A DNA stretch of 64,000 bases from Bacteroidales bacterium (GTDB lineage: Bacteria; Bacteroidota; Bacteroidia; Bacteroidales; UBA5342): assembly GCA_965662645.1 (NCBI GenBank), contig CBFIII010000001.1:175750-239749 (forward strand), written 5' to 3'. Of this stretch, positions 1-8,702 are shown piece by piece. Under the pieces are notes generated by a model. The model worked only from the letters and a program-made list of their open reading frames with translations, did no database searches and was not told the origin of the DNA. Position 1 is the stretch's first letter; every line of letters starts with the position of its first letter. Made by a program: the position numbers and the translations under genes.

Positions 1-269
1 GAATCCCTCTGGGATTCTAAAACACAGTTTTTAAAAACATATTAAATTTTTGTTGATATTATTGTATCGTTAAAAGTGTAAGGACTGAAGATAATCGCTA
101 GAATGTTGTTTAATTTTTGTCGAGTAACAAAAGCCCGGAGGGCTTAGATTTTAATAGAAAAATTATAAGGGATATAACAATCAAGCCCAGCGGGCTTGGA
201 TTATAATTGGCATCGATTATTATTGACCAATATTATTAACATTACATATAAATAATTAATAGTTATAAA

Positions 270-1175
270 ATGATAAAAACGTGGATTCAAGCTGCACGTT
301 TACGCACATTACCATTAGCAGCTTCAGGTATTATTTGTGGGGCAACTTTAGCATGGTATCAAGATTCGTTTTCGTTTCTGATCAGTGGGTTAGCCTTGCT
401 GACTGCGCTTCTTTTGCAGGTGCTTTCTAACTTTGCTAATGATTATGGTGATGCTCAGAAAGGTACTGATAATGCTGATAGAGTAGGGCCAACACGTGCT
501 GTGCAATCGGGCGTTTTGAGTCTGGCTCAGATGAAAAAGGCGATGGTCTTAATGGTCGTTTTAGCTTTTCTTTCTGGTGTGGCTTTGGTGTTTTTTGCTT
601 CGCAATCGTTGCCCTCTGGTTCTTGGGTCTTTTTCTTAGTGATGGGTCTTCTCTCTATTGCTGCGGCTATTCTTTACACTGTAGGCAAACACGCTTACGG
701 TTATTTGGGGCTAGGTGATGTGATGGTGTTTTCCTTTTTTGGTTTGCTTAGCGTCCTTGGTACTTATTATCTCAATGCTGCAACCATAAGCCAAGAAGCC
801 ATCTGGATAGCTATTGCTATTGGAGTTCTTAGTACTGGTGTGCTTAACTTGAATAATATGCGTGATATCGATAATGATCTTGCTTCAGGGAAAAGTACAT
901 TAGCTGCGAAGATAGGTTTTGCGAAAGCAAAGCATTATCATACATTTTTAATCTTGTTAGGTGTCTTTTGTATGGTTTACTTGTCTAGTCTTTTGTCTCT
1001 GAATATTTGGGCTTATGTTTTGCTTTTATTGCCTGTTTTAATGCTGGTAAAAGATCTACAAAAGATACAAAAGACTCAAGATAAAACGACTTTAGATCCT
1101 TACTTGAAAAAACTGGCTATAGGAACTTTTTTGCTGTCTATGGTTTTTGTAATATCGTTAATTATCAATAAGTAA
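270..1175 (+). CDS. menA: 1,4-dihydroxy-2-naphthoate polyprenyltransferase (UbiA-family membrane prenyltransferase)
   Basis: 301-aa polytopic membrane ORF. It has the N-terminal ARLRTLP motif and the Asp-rich NDYGDAxKGxDN prenyl-diphosphate motif typical of MenA. menC and menE follow directly. Confidence 0.85.
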   Translation: MIKTWIQAARLRTLPLAASGIICGATLAWYQDSFSFLISGLALLTALLLQVLSNFANDYGDAQKGTDNADRVGPTRAVQSGVLSLAQMKKAMVLMVVLAFLSGVALVFFASQSLPSGSWVFFLVMGLLSIAAAILYTVGKHAYGYLGLGDVMVFSFFGLLSVLGTYYLNAATISQEAIWIAIAIGVLSTGVLNLNNMRDIDNDLASGKSTLAAKIGFAKAKHYHTFLILLGVFCMVYLSSLLSLNIWAYVLLLLPVLMLVKDLQKIQKTQDKTTLDPYLKKLAIGTFLLSMVFVISLIINK

Positions 1176-1216
1176 ACTCTTTTATAAGCCTTTTGTATTT
1201 ATAAATTTATAAGATA

Positions 1217-2275
1217 ATGTTAAAAGCTTCATTTGTAAAATATCAGCTTTCCTTTAAACGTCCAGCAGGCACTTCTCGTGGTGTATATACCACACGCAAC
1301 AGCTGGATTTTGCAGTTGTGGGATAGTGAAGATCCTATGCATATTGCCTATGGCGAATGTGCACCCTTGCCTGATTTGAGTTCTGAATTTGATGAGTTTT
1401 ACGAAGATAAAATAAAAGAGGTGTGTGCGCGTATCGATGACTTTTTTTATTGGCTGGACGATGGTTTGGTTAATTATCCTTCCATTTGTTTTGGTTTAGA
1501 AACGGCTTTGATTGATCTTCAGCAGAAGACCAATCGTATTCTTTTTGATACGCCTTTTGCACAAGGTCACGAGGGTATCTTGATCAATGGTTTGATATGG
1601 ATGGGGGAGCCTGATGATATGCGCTTGCAAATACAAGATAAAATAAATCAGGGTTTTCATTGTATTAAACTAAAGATAGGTGCTAATGACATCGAGGAGG
1701 AATTAGTTATTCTTGAGGCGATACGAAAAGATTTTCCAAAAGAAAAAATCGAGTTACGTGTGGATGCTAATGGTGCCTTTAAACCTGAAGATGCCCTTCC
1801 TATTCTTGAACGTTTAGCTGCCTTAGATATTCATTCTATAGAGCAACCTATCAGGCAGGGACAGTGGCGAGAGATGCGTTATCTCTGTAGAAAATCACCG
1901 GTTCCTATTGCTTTAGATGAAGAGTTGATAGGTGTAAATACTTTGGAAGACAAAGTGAAGTTGTTAAAAAATATAAAACCTCAATATCTTATTTTAAAAC
2001 CTTCGTTACATGGCGGTATCAGTGGTTGTGAAGAATGGATTGATTTGGCGAAAGCCAAAAAAATAGGGTGGTGGATTACTTCAGCTTTGGAATCTAATAT
2101 TGGTCTTAATGCGATTGCTCAATGGGCTGCTTCTCTTGGGGTAGAGATGCCTCAGGGTTTAGGAACGGGACAATTATTTACTAATAATATCTCTTCTCCT
2201 CTTGAGTTACGTGGCGATCGTTTATTTTATAAGAGTGATGGCGCTTGGGACTTGTCGGTATTATCGAATGAGTAA
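1217..2275 (+). CDS. menC: o-succinylbenzoate synthase (enolase superfamily)
   Basis: 352-aa ORF with enolase-superfamily barrel motifs (KLKIG, RVDANGAF, IEQP, LDEE). It lies between menA and menE. Confidence 0.8.
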   Translation: MLKASFVKYQLSFKRPAGTSRGVYTTRNSWILQLWDSEDPMHIAYGECAPLPDLSSEFDEFYEDKIKEVCARIDDFFYWLDDGLVNYPSICFGLETALIDLQQKTNRILFDTPFAQGHEGILINGLIWMGEPDDMRLQIQDKINQGFHCIKLKIGANDIEEELVILEAIRKDFPKEKIELRVDANGAFKPEDALPILERLAALDIHSIEQPIRQGQWREMRYLCRKSPVPIALDEELIGVNTLEDKVKLLKNIKPQYLILKPSLHGGISGCEEWIDLAKAKKIGWWITSALESNIGLNAIAQWAASLGVEMPQGLGTGQLFTNNISSPLELRGDRLFYKSDGAWDLSVLSNE

Positions 2276-3329
2276 AATGTGCTACATAGAGCATCAGTCT
2301 TATTCTTTGTCTTCGTTGAAAAAGAAGGCACAAATGATGGTGCAAGATGTGGCATTGCTTCCTTTTTATAACGAGACGTGGCATTTTATTTTGGAATGGT
2401 TCAACGATAAGGATACGGTTCTTTTAAAAACTTCGGGCAGTACCGGAGCTCCTCATACCATTGAGGTGAAGAAACAGTATATGCGCAATAGTGCTCAGAT
2501 GACCGTTGATTTTCTCAACTTAAAAGAAAAAGACACCGCGCTCTTATGTTTGTCGCCTTCTTATATTGCGGGAAAGATGATGATCGTTCGTGCTCTTGAA
2601 TGTGGCTTAGATTTATTGTTCGCCGTGCCTTCGGGTAATCCTTTAAAGGCGATAACAGAAACGATTCATTTTGCGGCTATGGTTCCTTTGCAGGTCGAAA
2701 ATGTGCTGAGCGATAATCCTTCTGATCTCCATAAAATAGAACAATTAATTCTGGGTGGTGCTCCTCTTAATCCTGTTTTAGAAGAGCGTTTATTCGATTT
2801 CCCTAATGTGATTTGGCAAACTTATGGTATGACCGAGACAGTCTCTCATATTGCTATGCGAATGGTGAATGGTAAGGCTGTTAGTAATGCTTATTCGCCT
2901 ATGTCTGGCGTCTGTTTGTCGTTAGATGATAGGGGTTGCTTGCAAATTGTAGCTCCTCGTCTTGCTGAGGCTAAAATAGTGACTAATGACTTAGTGAATT
3001 TGCATGATGATGGTCGTTTTGAATTCTTGGGGCGTTATGATCATGTGATCAATTCTGGGGGACTGAAAATATCACCTGAGGTCGTTGAACGTAAAATAGA
3101 TTTCTTGTTCAGCGCTCGTTTTTTTATCTCTTCCTTGCCTGATGTACGATTGGGGCAAAAAGTAATTTTGTTGATTGAAGGCCATGAGAAAGATTACGAT
3201 GTGCTCTCTCTGATGTCTCAAATGAAAAGTGTCTTGTCCTCGTACGAGTGTCCTAAAGATATTTATTTTCTTCCTGTTTTTGATGAGACAGCAAGTGGTA
3301 AAGTGAAACGTACTTTTTCTATTCTATAA
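2268..3329 (+). CDS. menE: o-succinylbenzoate-CoA ligase (AMP-forming adenylating enzyme)
   Basis: AMP-binding motifs TSGSTGAPH, YGMTET and a C-terminal SGKVKR. I moved the start to the ATG at 2268, which overlaps the menC stop by 8 nt; the ATG at 2277 is an alternative. The ORF-track start at 2202 would overlap menC by 74 nt. Confidence 0.75.
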   Translation: MSKMCYIEHQSYSLSSLKKKAQMMVQDVALLPFYNETWHFILEWFNDKDTVLLKTSGSTGAPHTIEVKKQYMRNSAQMTVDFLNLKEKDTALLCLSPSYIAGKMMIVRALECGLDLLFAVPSGNPLKAITETIHFAAMVPLQVENVLSDNPSDLHKIEQLILGGAPLNPVLEERLFDFPNVIWQTYGMTETVSHIAMRMVNGKAVSNAYSPMSGVCLSLDDRGCLQIVAPRLAEAKIVTNDLVNLHDDGRFEFLGRYDHVINSGGLKISPEVVERKIDFLFSARFFISSLPDVRLGQKVILLIEGHEKDYDVLSLMSQMKSVLSSYECPKDIYFLPVFDETASGKVKRTFSIL

Positions 3330-3383
3330 GCTGTTTTTTGCTTGTCTTAAAAGCCGTATCTTTGTCCGCATATTTTGTGAACA

Positions 3384-5336
3384 ATGAAAAAAACTGAATT
3401 ATTACTCCCTGCTGGAAATGTCGAAGCTTTTTATGCTGCTGTTGAAGCTGGAGCCGATGCTATATATCTTGGTATTAAGAAATTTAATGCCCGTGGACGA
3501 GCTGGTAACTTTACTCATCCTCAATTGGTGAGTATTATGGAGATTGCCCATAAAAAAAAGATTAAAATCTTCGTCACCCTGAATACCGTGATTAAAAATG
3601 AAGAATTAACCGAGCTATATTCTACCTTAAATATTTTAAATGCAGCGCAAGTAGATGCATTGATTGTTCAAGATTGGGGTGTTTTCTTCTTGGCTAAAAA
3701 ATATTTTCCTCAATTGCGTTTGCATTGTAGTACCCAGATGGGATTGCATAACTCCGTAGGTGTTAATCATGCCTATAAAAAAGGTGCAGTGCGTGCTGTC
3801 TTAGCACGTGAATTGACATTGAGAGAGTTGCGTAGTATTCGTAAAAATACACAAGCTGATCTGGAAGTCTTTGTACATGGTGCATTGTGTTATTCTTTTT
3901 CGGGAATGTGTTTGTTTAGTAGTTATTTGGGTGGAAGTGGCGCTAATCGGGGCTTGTGTACTCAGCCTTGTCGTCGTATATTTAAAGACAATAAAGAGGA
4001 GCGTCTTCTTTTTAGTTTAAAGGATAATGAACAAATAGAGTTGGTGCCTGAATTGGCTAAGATGGGAATTAATTCCATCAAGATAGAGGGCAGAATGAAA
4101 GCGGCGGAATATGTTTTTCGCGTTGGAAAAGCCTACCGTAAGGCTTTGGATGATGCTGCTCAGATTCCTATTGCTAAGCGAGCTTTACAATTTGATTTTG
4201 CAAGAGCAAAAACGGCTTACTTCCTTGGTGGTAGTGGCCGACAAGCATTTACTACTACAGCTAATACGGGACGACTTATTGGACGTATTGGTGATGTTAC
4301 TGGAGAGTCTTTTATTATTAAAACGGACGAGGAGCTGGCTTTAGGTTATCGTCTGCGTGTGGTGTCTGCCAAAGGAGAGCAAGAAAATCTTAAGATTAGT
4401 GCTATCGAAAAGACAGCTAAAGGATATCAGATAAGTGCTCACGGCAAAATAGTTCGTCATCACGATGAGGTTTATCTAGCTGGTATTCCTGAGAAGAAGT
4501 TTGTATCCCGTTTACCAGAACGCAAAGCGCCTTTCGAAAAAAGACCTCCTATGCGTCCGTTCAAATCTCACGACAAACCTTTGCGTCGCTCAGAGTTATA
4601 TTTGCGTATAGACAGTATGGCGTGGCTTCGTAAAATTAGAGTAGAGGAATTTGATCGTATCATTTTAGCGCTGACTAAAAAGGAATGGGCTGAATTTAAT
4701 TATGATGCCCCTTTTTTACAGAAAAATAGACCTAAATTTATCTTTGAATTACCTAAATTTATTCCTGAAGGTAATATACATGAATACCTTAAGTTATTAC
4801 AAGATGCGAGTGATAAAGGATTTACCCAGTTCTCGTTGAGCCATTTGTTGCAGAAGGATTTATTGCCCAAAGATGCACGTTTCATTACTAACGAAAACGT
4901 GTATGCTTTCAATGATGCAGCTATTACCTTTATTAAACAAGATGGTGCTCAGAATTTTTCTTATCCTTTGGAGAGTGATTTTGACAATCTTATGAATATA
5001 CATTTTAAATCGGGTATATTACCTCTTTATTTTACGCCTCCTGTTTTTGTGTCGCGTATGCCTATCAATTTGAAAGATACTGATTTTACGGATGATCGTA
5101 ATCGAAAATTTAAACGTGAAATAAGAGATGGTGTGACGTATATTTATCCTGATTTGCCAACCGCGTGGTTTCATTACCGTGAAAAATTTGAGAAAGCAGG
5201 CTTTCGTAGTTTCTTGATCGATTTCTCGGGAATAGCGCCTTCTAAACATTTGCCTAAGCGTGTTTTGCAGCACTATAATGAGAGTTTAGCGATGTCAACG
5301 GCTACTACATTTAATATGAAAATGGGATTGAAATAA
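3384..5336 (+). CDS. U32 family protein, long form (RlhA/YdcP-size class) with a C-terminal extension
   Basis: The N-terminal ELLxPAGN...GADAxYxG...FNAR, STQM and FVHGALCxSxSGxCxxSS...NRGxCxQPCR motifs are diagnostic of peptidase U32. The 650-aa length resembles the rRNA/tRNA-hydroxylating members. The subfamily assignment is inference. Confidence 0.8.
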   Translation: MKKTELLLPAGNVEAFYAAVEAGADAIYLGIKKFNARGRAGNFTHPQLVSIMEIAHKKKIKIFVTLNTVIKNEELTELYSTLNILNAAQVDALIVQDWGVFFLAKKYFPQLRLHCSTQMGLHNSVGVNHAYKKGAVRAVLARELTLRELRSIRKNTQADLEVFVHGALCYSFSGMCLFSSYLGGSGANRGLCTQPCRRIFKDNKEERLLFSLKDNEQIELVPELAKMGINSIKIEGRMKAAEYVFRVGKAYRKALDDAAQIPIAKRALQFDFARAKTAYFLGGSGRQAFTTTANTGRLIGRIGDVTGESFIIKTDEELALGYRLRVVSAKGEQENLKISAIEKTAKGYQISAHGKIVRHHDEVYLAGIPEKKFVSRLPERKAPFEKRPPMRPFKSHDKPLRRSELYLRIDSMAWLRKIRVEEFDRIILALTKKEWAEFNYDAPFLQKNRPKFIFELPKFIPEGNIHEYLKLLQDASDKGFTQFSLSHLLQKDLLPKDARFITNENVYAFNDAAITFIKQDGAQNFSYPLESDFDNLMNIHFKSGILPLYFTPPVFVSRMPINLKDTDFTDDRNRKFKREIRDGVTYIYPDLPTAWFHYREKFEKAGFRSFLIDFSGIAPSKHLPKRVLQHYNESLAMSTATTFNMKMGLK

Positions 5337-5486
5337 TTCTTATTATTTTGATTGTCTTTGTATTACGAATGAGGGAGATGCCGTAATGCTCTTGTTCCGA
5401 GTGTGTTGTATTCCTTTTCGTAATTACTTTATTACTGATAGATATTAATTATCTTTGTGCTCCTTTTTAACAAAGGATATTGAATA

Positions 5487-5567
5487 CCACATTGTGGGTT
5501 TTATTCCTCGCAGCTTGCTGCGAATAAAAAAAGTGTTTCGAATTGATACTCCGTCTGCTTGCAGCGG
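5487..5567 (+). repeat. 81-nt dispersed intergenic repeat, copy a (two hairpins with CTTG loops)
   Basis: The reverse complement of 24631-24711 matches with 5 mismatches in 81 nt (manual alignment). Hairpins are TCGCAG-CTTG-CTGCGA and CCG(T)CTG-CTTG-CAGCGG. Confidence 0.9.
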
Positions 5568-5603
5568 GGTAGTTCATTTAATAACTTAGAATATTTTATA
5601 ATT

Positions 5604-6209
5604 ATGTCATTTAAGAACGACGGAGAAAAAATTAGTTACGCTCTTGGATTGAGTGTTGGTGGTTCATTGAAACAATCAGGTGTAGAAACGTTAGATACTG
5701 CATTATTTGCTGAAGCTATGAACGCTGTTTTACAGGGTGGTGAAACTAAAATTTCATCAGACGATGCTAATAAAATGTTACAGGAATTTTTTGCGGCTTT
5801 ACAAGCAAAAGCAGAAGTGACTTTAACTAAAGTAGGTAAAGAGTATTTAGTTAAAAATAAGCTTAACGAAGGAGTTGTTGAATTAGAGAGTGGTTTGCAA
5901 TATAAGATTCTGAATCAGGGTACTGGTGAGAAACCTACTGAGAAAGACCAAGTGAAATGTCATTATCATGGAACATTAATCAACGGAACAGTGTTTGATA
6001 GTTCTGTAGATCGTGGTGAGCCTGCTGTATTTCCTGTTGGTGGCGTAATCAAAGGATGGGTAGAAGCACTTCAGTTGATGGAGGTTGGTTCTAAATGGCA
6101 ATTGTTTATTCCATCAGAATTGGCATATGGAGCTCAAGGTGCGGGTGGTGCTATTGGACCTCACGAGACTTTGATCTTTGAAGTAGAATTATTGGAAATT
6201 GTAAAGTAA
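5604..6209 (+). CDS. FKBP-type peptidyl-prolyl cis-trans isomerase (FKBP_N + FKBP_C)
   Basis: C-terminal FKBP domain motifs: VxCHYHGTLxNGTVFDSS, GWxEALQLM, and LFIPSELAYG followed by LIFEVELL. I chose the ATG at 5604 because the ORF-track start (5559) lies inside a dispersed repeat. Confidence 0.85.
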   Translation: MSFKNDGEKISYALGLSVGGSLKQSGVETLDTALFAEAMNAVLQGGETKISSDDANKMLQEFFAALQAKAEVTLTKVGKEYLVKNKLNEGVVELESGLQYKILNQGTGEKPTEKDQVKCHYHGTLINGTVFDSSVDRGEPAVFPVGGVIKGWVEALQLMEVGSKWQLFIPSELAYGAQGAGGAIGPHETLIFEVELLEIVK

Positions 6210-6230
6210 GTTTACTTTATTTATAATATA

Positions 6231-6273
6231 CAACCCCTTCAAGGATTATTTCTTTGTAGGGGTTGTTTTGTTT
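6231..6273 (+). terminator. rho-independent terminator after the FKBP isomerase gene
   Basis: CAACCCCT...AGGGGTTG stem followed by TTTTGTTT. Confidence 0.7.
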
Positions 6274-6404
6274 ATAGTGTTGTCATTAAATTCGTTACTG
6301 CTTTATTCCTACCGCAGCTAGTGTATATTAAATTTCATATTGAGGATAACAAAAAATGATCAACGAATTATTTAAATCTACAGGCTAAAAGCAAAAATAA
6401 AAGT

Positions 6405-6617
6405 ATGTCAGATATATTTGGAAGAAAACTAAAAGAGGGGAAAGATTATACGCTTGATAAAAAAGGTTTTCGCATAATGAGTGGAGAATATCTTAAAGAG
6501 CGCGGTTATTGTTGTGGAACAGGTTGTCCTAATTGTCCCTACGATCCACCGCATGCTTTTAGAGGAAATACAGAATTGCGTGATGAGTACAAGGATGATG
6601 AGGATCGTTTTTGGTAG
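6405..6617 (+). CDS. small Cys-rich protein, DUF5522-like (CCGxGCxNCPY knuckle)
   Basis: 70-aa ORF ending its conserved core with ERGYCCGTGCPNCPYDP, a pattern I recall from DUF5522 proteins of Bacteroidota. Function is unknown. Confidence 0.5.
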   Translation: MSDIFGRKLKEGKDYTLDKKGFRIMSGEYLKERGYCCGTGCPNCPYDPPHAFRGNTELRDEYKDDEDRFW

Positions 6618-7037
6618 TCTTTTATACGGTGGTAAATTTAATTATTGTTGGTCGTATAAATGACCATTGTTTCTTATAATAAGACTGTTCCATTTGATTA
6701 TTTCGTGCGAATACTTATTACATTTGCTTTCTCTTGTTTTATTCGCACTTCTGTTTTGTTGTTGTGTGGATGATTTAAGTTTTTGATATTAAGCTTTGTG
6801 TGTTTGTGTGGAATGCGTAATTTTCCTTTTTCCTCAAAAATGATCTTGTTTATTCTACAGTGGTGTGACAAACTCCAAAATTAAGTAGTACTGACTTCAT
6901 TAAACAACCGTTAGAGGACTTTTTACTGTATAAGTTTGTCTATTTAATTTCTATTTTATTTGTGGTAAAATGTAACATTTCATTTATTTTGTCAGTCTAT
7001 GAATTATAACTTTACTTTGTAAAAAAATAACTCAGCC

Positions 7038-7724
7038 ATGGAAAATAAAAAACGTGTAAATTTAGTTTATGGATTATTATGCCTTTCGTTAGGGAGCTTG
7101 TGGTTGCTTAATACGATGGGTCGATTACCTTGGCAGTTGACGGAGTACCTTTTTAGTTGGCGTTTCCTTTTGGTTCTTATCGGATCGTTAATTATTATTA
7201 AGGATTCCCGTTCTGTATTTGGACTCCTTGTTTTTGCTACTGGTTTGGTGAGTACGGTAGCTTTATTTTGGAATTTGCCTGATGGTTGGGAAGATTTTTT
7301 ACCTCCTGTGGCCTTGATGTTAGTTGGTCTTATTCTTGTTCTTCGTCCCAGTCGTGCTAATCGCCCTAAATTGGATATTGATGAGGCCAATGGTTTAAAT
7401 CGAGCAACCTTATTTGGAAATTATAAGAGTACAGTGACTTCGGTATTATTTAAAGGAGGTTATTTGAGTGCTGTTTTTGGAAATAATTTGGTTGATTTTA
7501 CAAGAGCTCATTTGGGTAAGGAAGTTGTGCAAGTACAATGTACTAATATTTTTGGTAGCTCTGTTCTCATTGTTCCAGCTAATTGGGATGTGAAGATTGA
7601 GACGCTTAATGTTTTAGGTTCTTCAGAAGATAAACGTATCATTACCGATTTGGTTTCAGAAAAAGAAGGAACGTTTATTGTTTCGGGGCTTACTTTGTTT
7701 GGTAACTTAAAGATAAGGAACTAA
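7038..7724 (+). CDS. LiaF-like membrane protein (cell wall-active antibiotic response family, DUF2154-type C-terminal domain)
   Basis: The N-terminal half has about 4 TM helices. The C-terminal half has a beta-rich pattern (FGxxxVDFTRAxL...VxxxFGSxxLIVPxNWxV) like the LiaF C-terminal domain. Confidence 0.55.
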   Translation: MENKKRVNLVYGLLCLSLGSLWLLNTMGRLPWQLTEYLFSWRFLLVLIGSLIIIKDSRSVFGLLVFATGLVSTVALFWNLPDGWEDFLPPVALMLVGLILVLRPSRANRPKLDIDEANGLNRATLFGNYKSTVTSVLFKGGYLSAVFGNNLVDFTRAHLGKEVVQVQCTNIFGSSVLIVPANWDVKIETLNVLGSSEDKRIITDLVSEKEGTFIVSGLTLFGNLKIRN

Positions 7725-7782
7725 TGTTTTTTTAGAATAATTTAATAACCAGATATTCTGTGATGTGCTAGTTTTTATTGAT

Positions 7783-7815
7783 AAAAAAAGAGAGGTGTTT
7801 TGCCTCTCTTTTTTA
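7783..7815. terminator. bidirectional terminator between the LiaF-like gene and prmA
   Basis: A-run, then the AGAGAGG-TGTTTTG-CCTCTCT hairpin, then a T-run. It lies between convergent genes. Confidence 0.75.
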
Positions 7816-7833
7816 GTATTAGTATATGTTGTG

Positions 7834-8670
7834 TTATTTTGTGAACTTAGCAACTGTCCATTTCTCTTTGCTATGATGGAATGCATATTTAAGTCCTAAA
7901 TCTTCTGCTTTTTTCTGTATTAATGGTAAATCTTCTAAATAGAATCCGCTCATGAGTAGTTCTCCATTTTTTGCTAGACGAGCTTCATATTTCGGCATGT
8001 CATTTAATAATATGTTGCGGTTGATGTTAGCAAAGATGATGTCGAATTCTCCTTCAGTAAGTAATGATGCATCGCCACATTTTACTTCAATATTATCAAT
8101 GTTATTGATCTTCATGTTCTCTAAGGTATTGTCATACGACCACTTGTCTATGTCAATGGCAAGGATAGGGTCTGCACCTCTCATAGAAGCAAGCATGGCT
8201 AATACGCCTGTTCCGCATCCCATATCTAATACCGTTTTCCCTTTTATATTCATGCTTAGTATAGCACTAACCATTTGAGAGGTTGTGGCATGGTGTCCTG
8301 TGCCAAATGCCATTTTAGGATCAATGATTATTTCGTACTGAGCTTGGGGATAGTCAGTATGAAAAGTGCTGCGAATAACACATTTATCATCTACATTGAT
8401 GGGTTGAAAGTAATTTTTCTCCCATTCCTCATTCCAGTTTTTATCTGCAATGCTATTGATTTTATAAGCAACTTTTTCTTCAAAAGTAGCTCTAGATAAG
8501 GTGTTATCTAAAGCTTCTTGATCAAATTTTTCTTCAGGAATATAGGCATTCATTCCTGTTTCGCTTTCATTAAAACTATCACATCCTATTTCTGCAGTGA
8601 GAGCCGTTAATATCTCATTGACTATCGGATTGGCAGGTGTTATTGTGAAAGCAATTTCGGTGTATTTCAT
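7834..8670 (-). CDS. prmA: ribosomal protein L11 methyltransferase
   Basis: 278 aa. It has the SAM-binding VLDMGCGTGVLA motif, the FGTGHHxTT motif and the PrmA N-terminal domain pattern. Confidence 0.85.
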   Translation of the reverse strand: MKYTEIAFTITPANPIVNEILTALTAEIGCDSFNESETGMNAYIPEEKFDQEALDNTLSRATFEEKVAYKINSIADKNWNEEWEKNYFQPINVDDKCVIRSTFHTDYPQAQYEIIIDPKMAFGTGHHATTSQMVSAILSMNIKGKTVLDMGCGTGVLAMLASMRGADPILAIDIDKWSYDNTLENMKINNIDNIEVKCGDASLLTEGEFDIIFANINRNILLNDMPKYEARLAKNGELLMSGFYLEDLPLIQKKAEDLGLKYAFHHSKEKWTVAKFTK

Positions 8671-8702
8671 AGTTGTTTTGTGAATGATAGCTTTTTAAAG
8701 CT

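Noticed and set aside
2181-2384. Numerous short antisense or overlapping track ORFs within well-supported genes (for example 2181-2384, 4111-4344, 7067-7390, 7952-8499, 12184-12492, 14466-14792, 19831-20178, 20571-20957, 21190-21860, 43165-43695, 47041-47457, 48209-48661, 54331-54678, 58301-58699, 63585-63956)
   Set aside because: Each lies wholly inside, or antisense to, a gene with clear family motifs. None shows a recognisable motif of its own.
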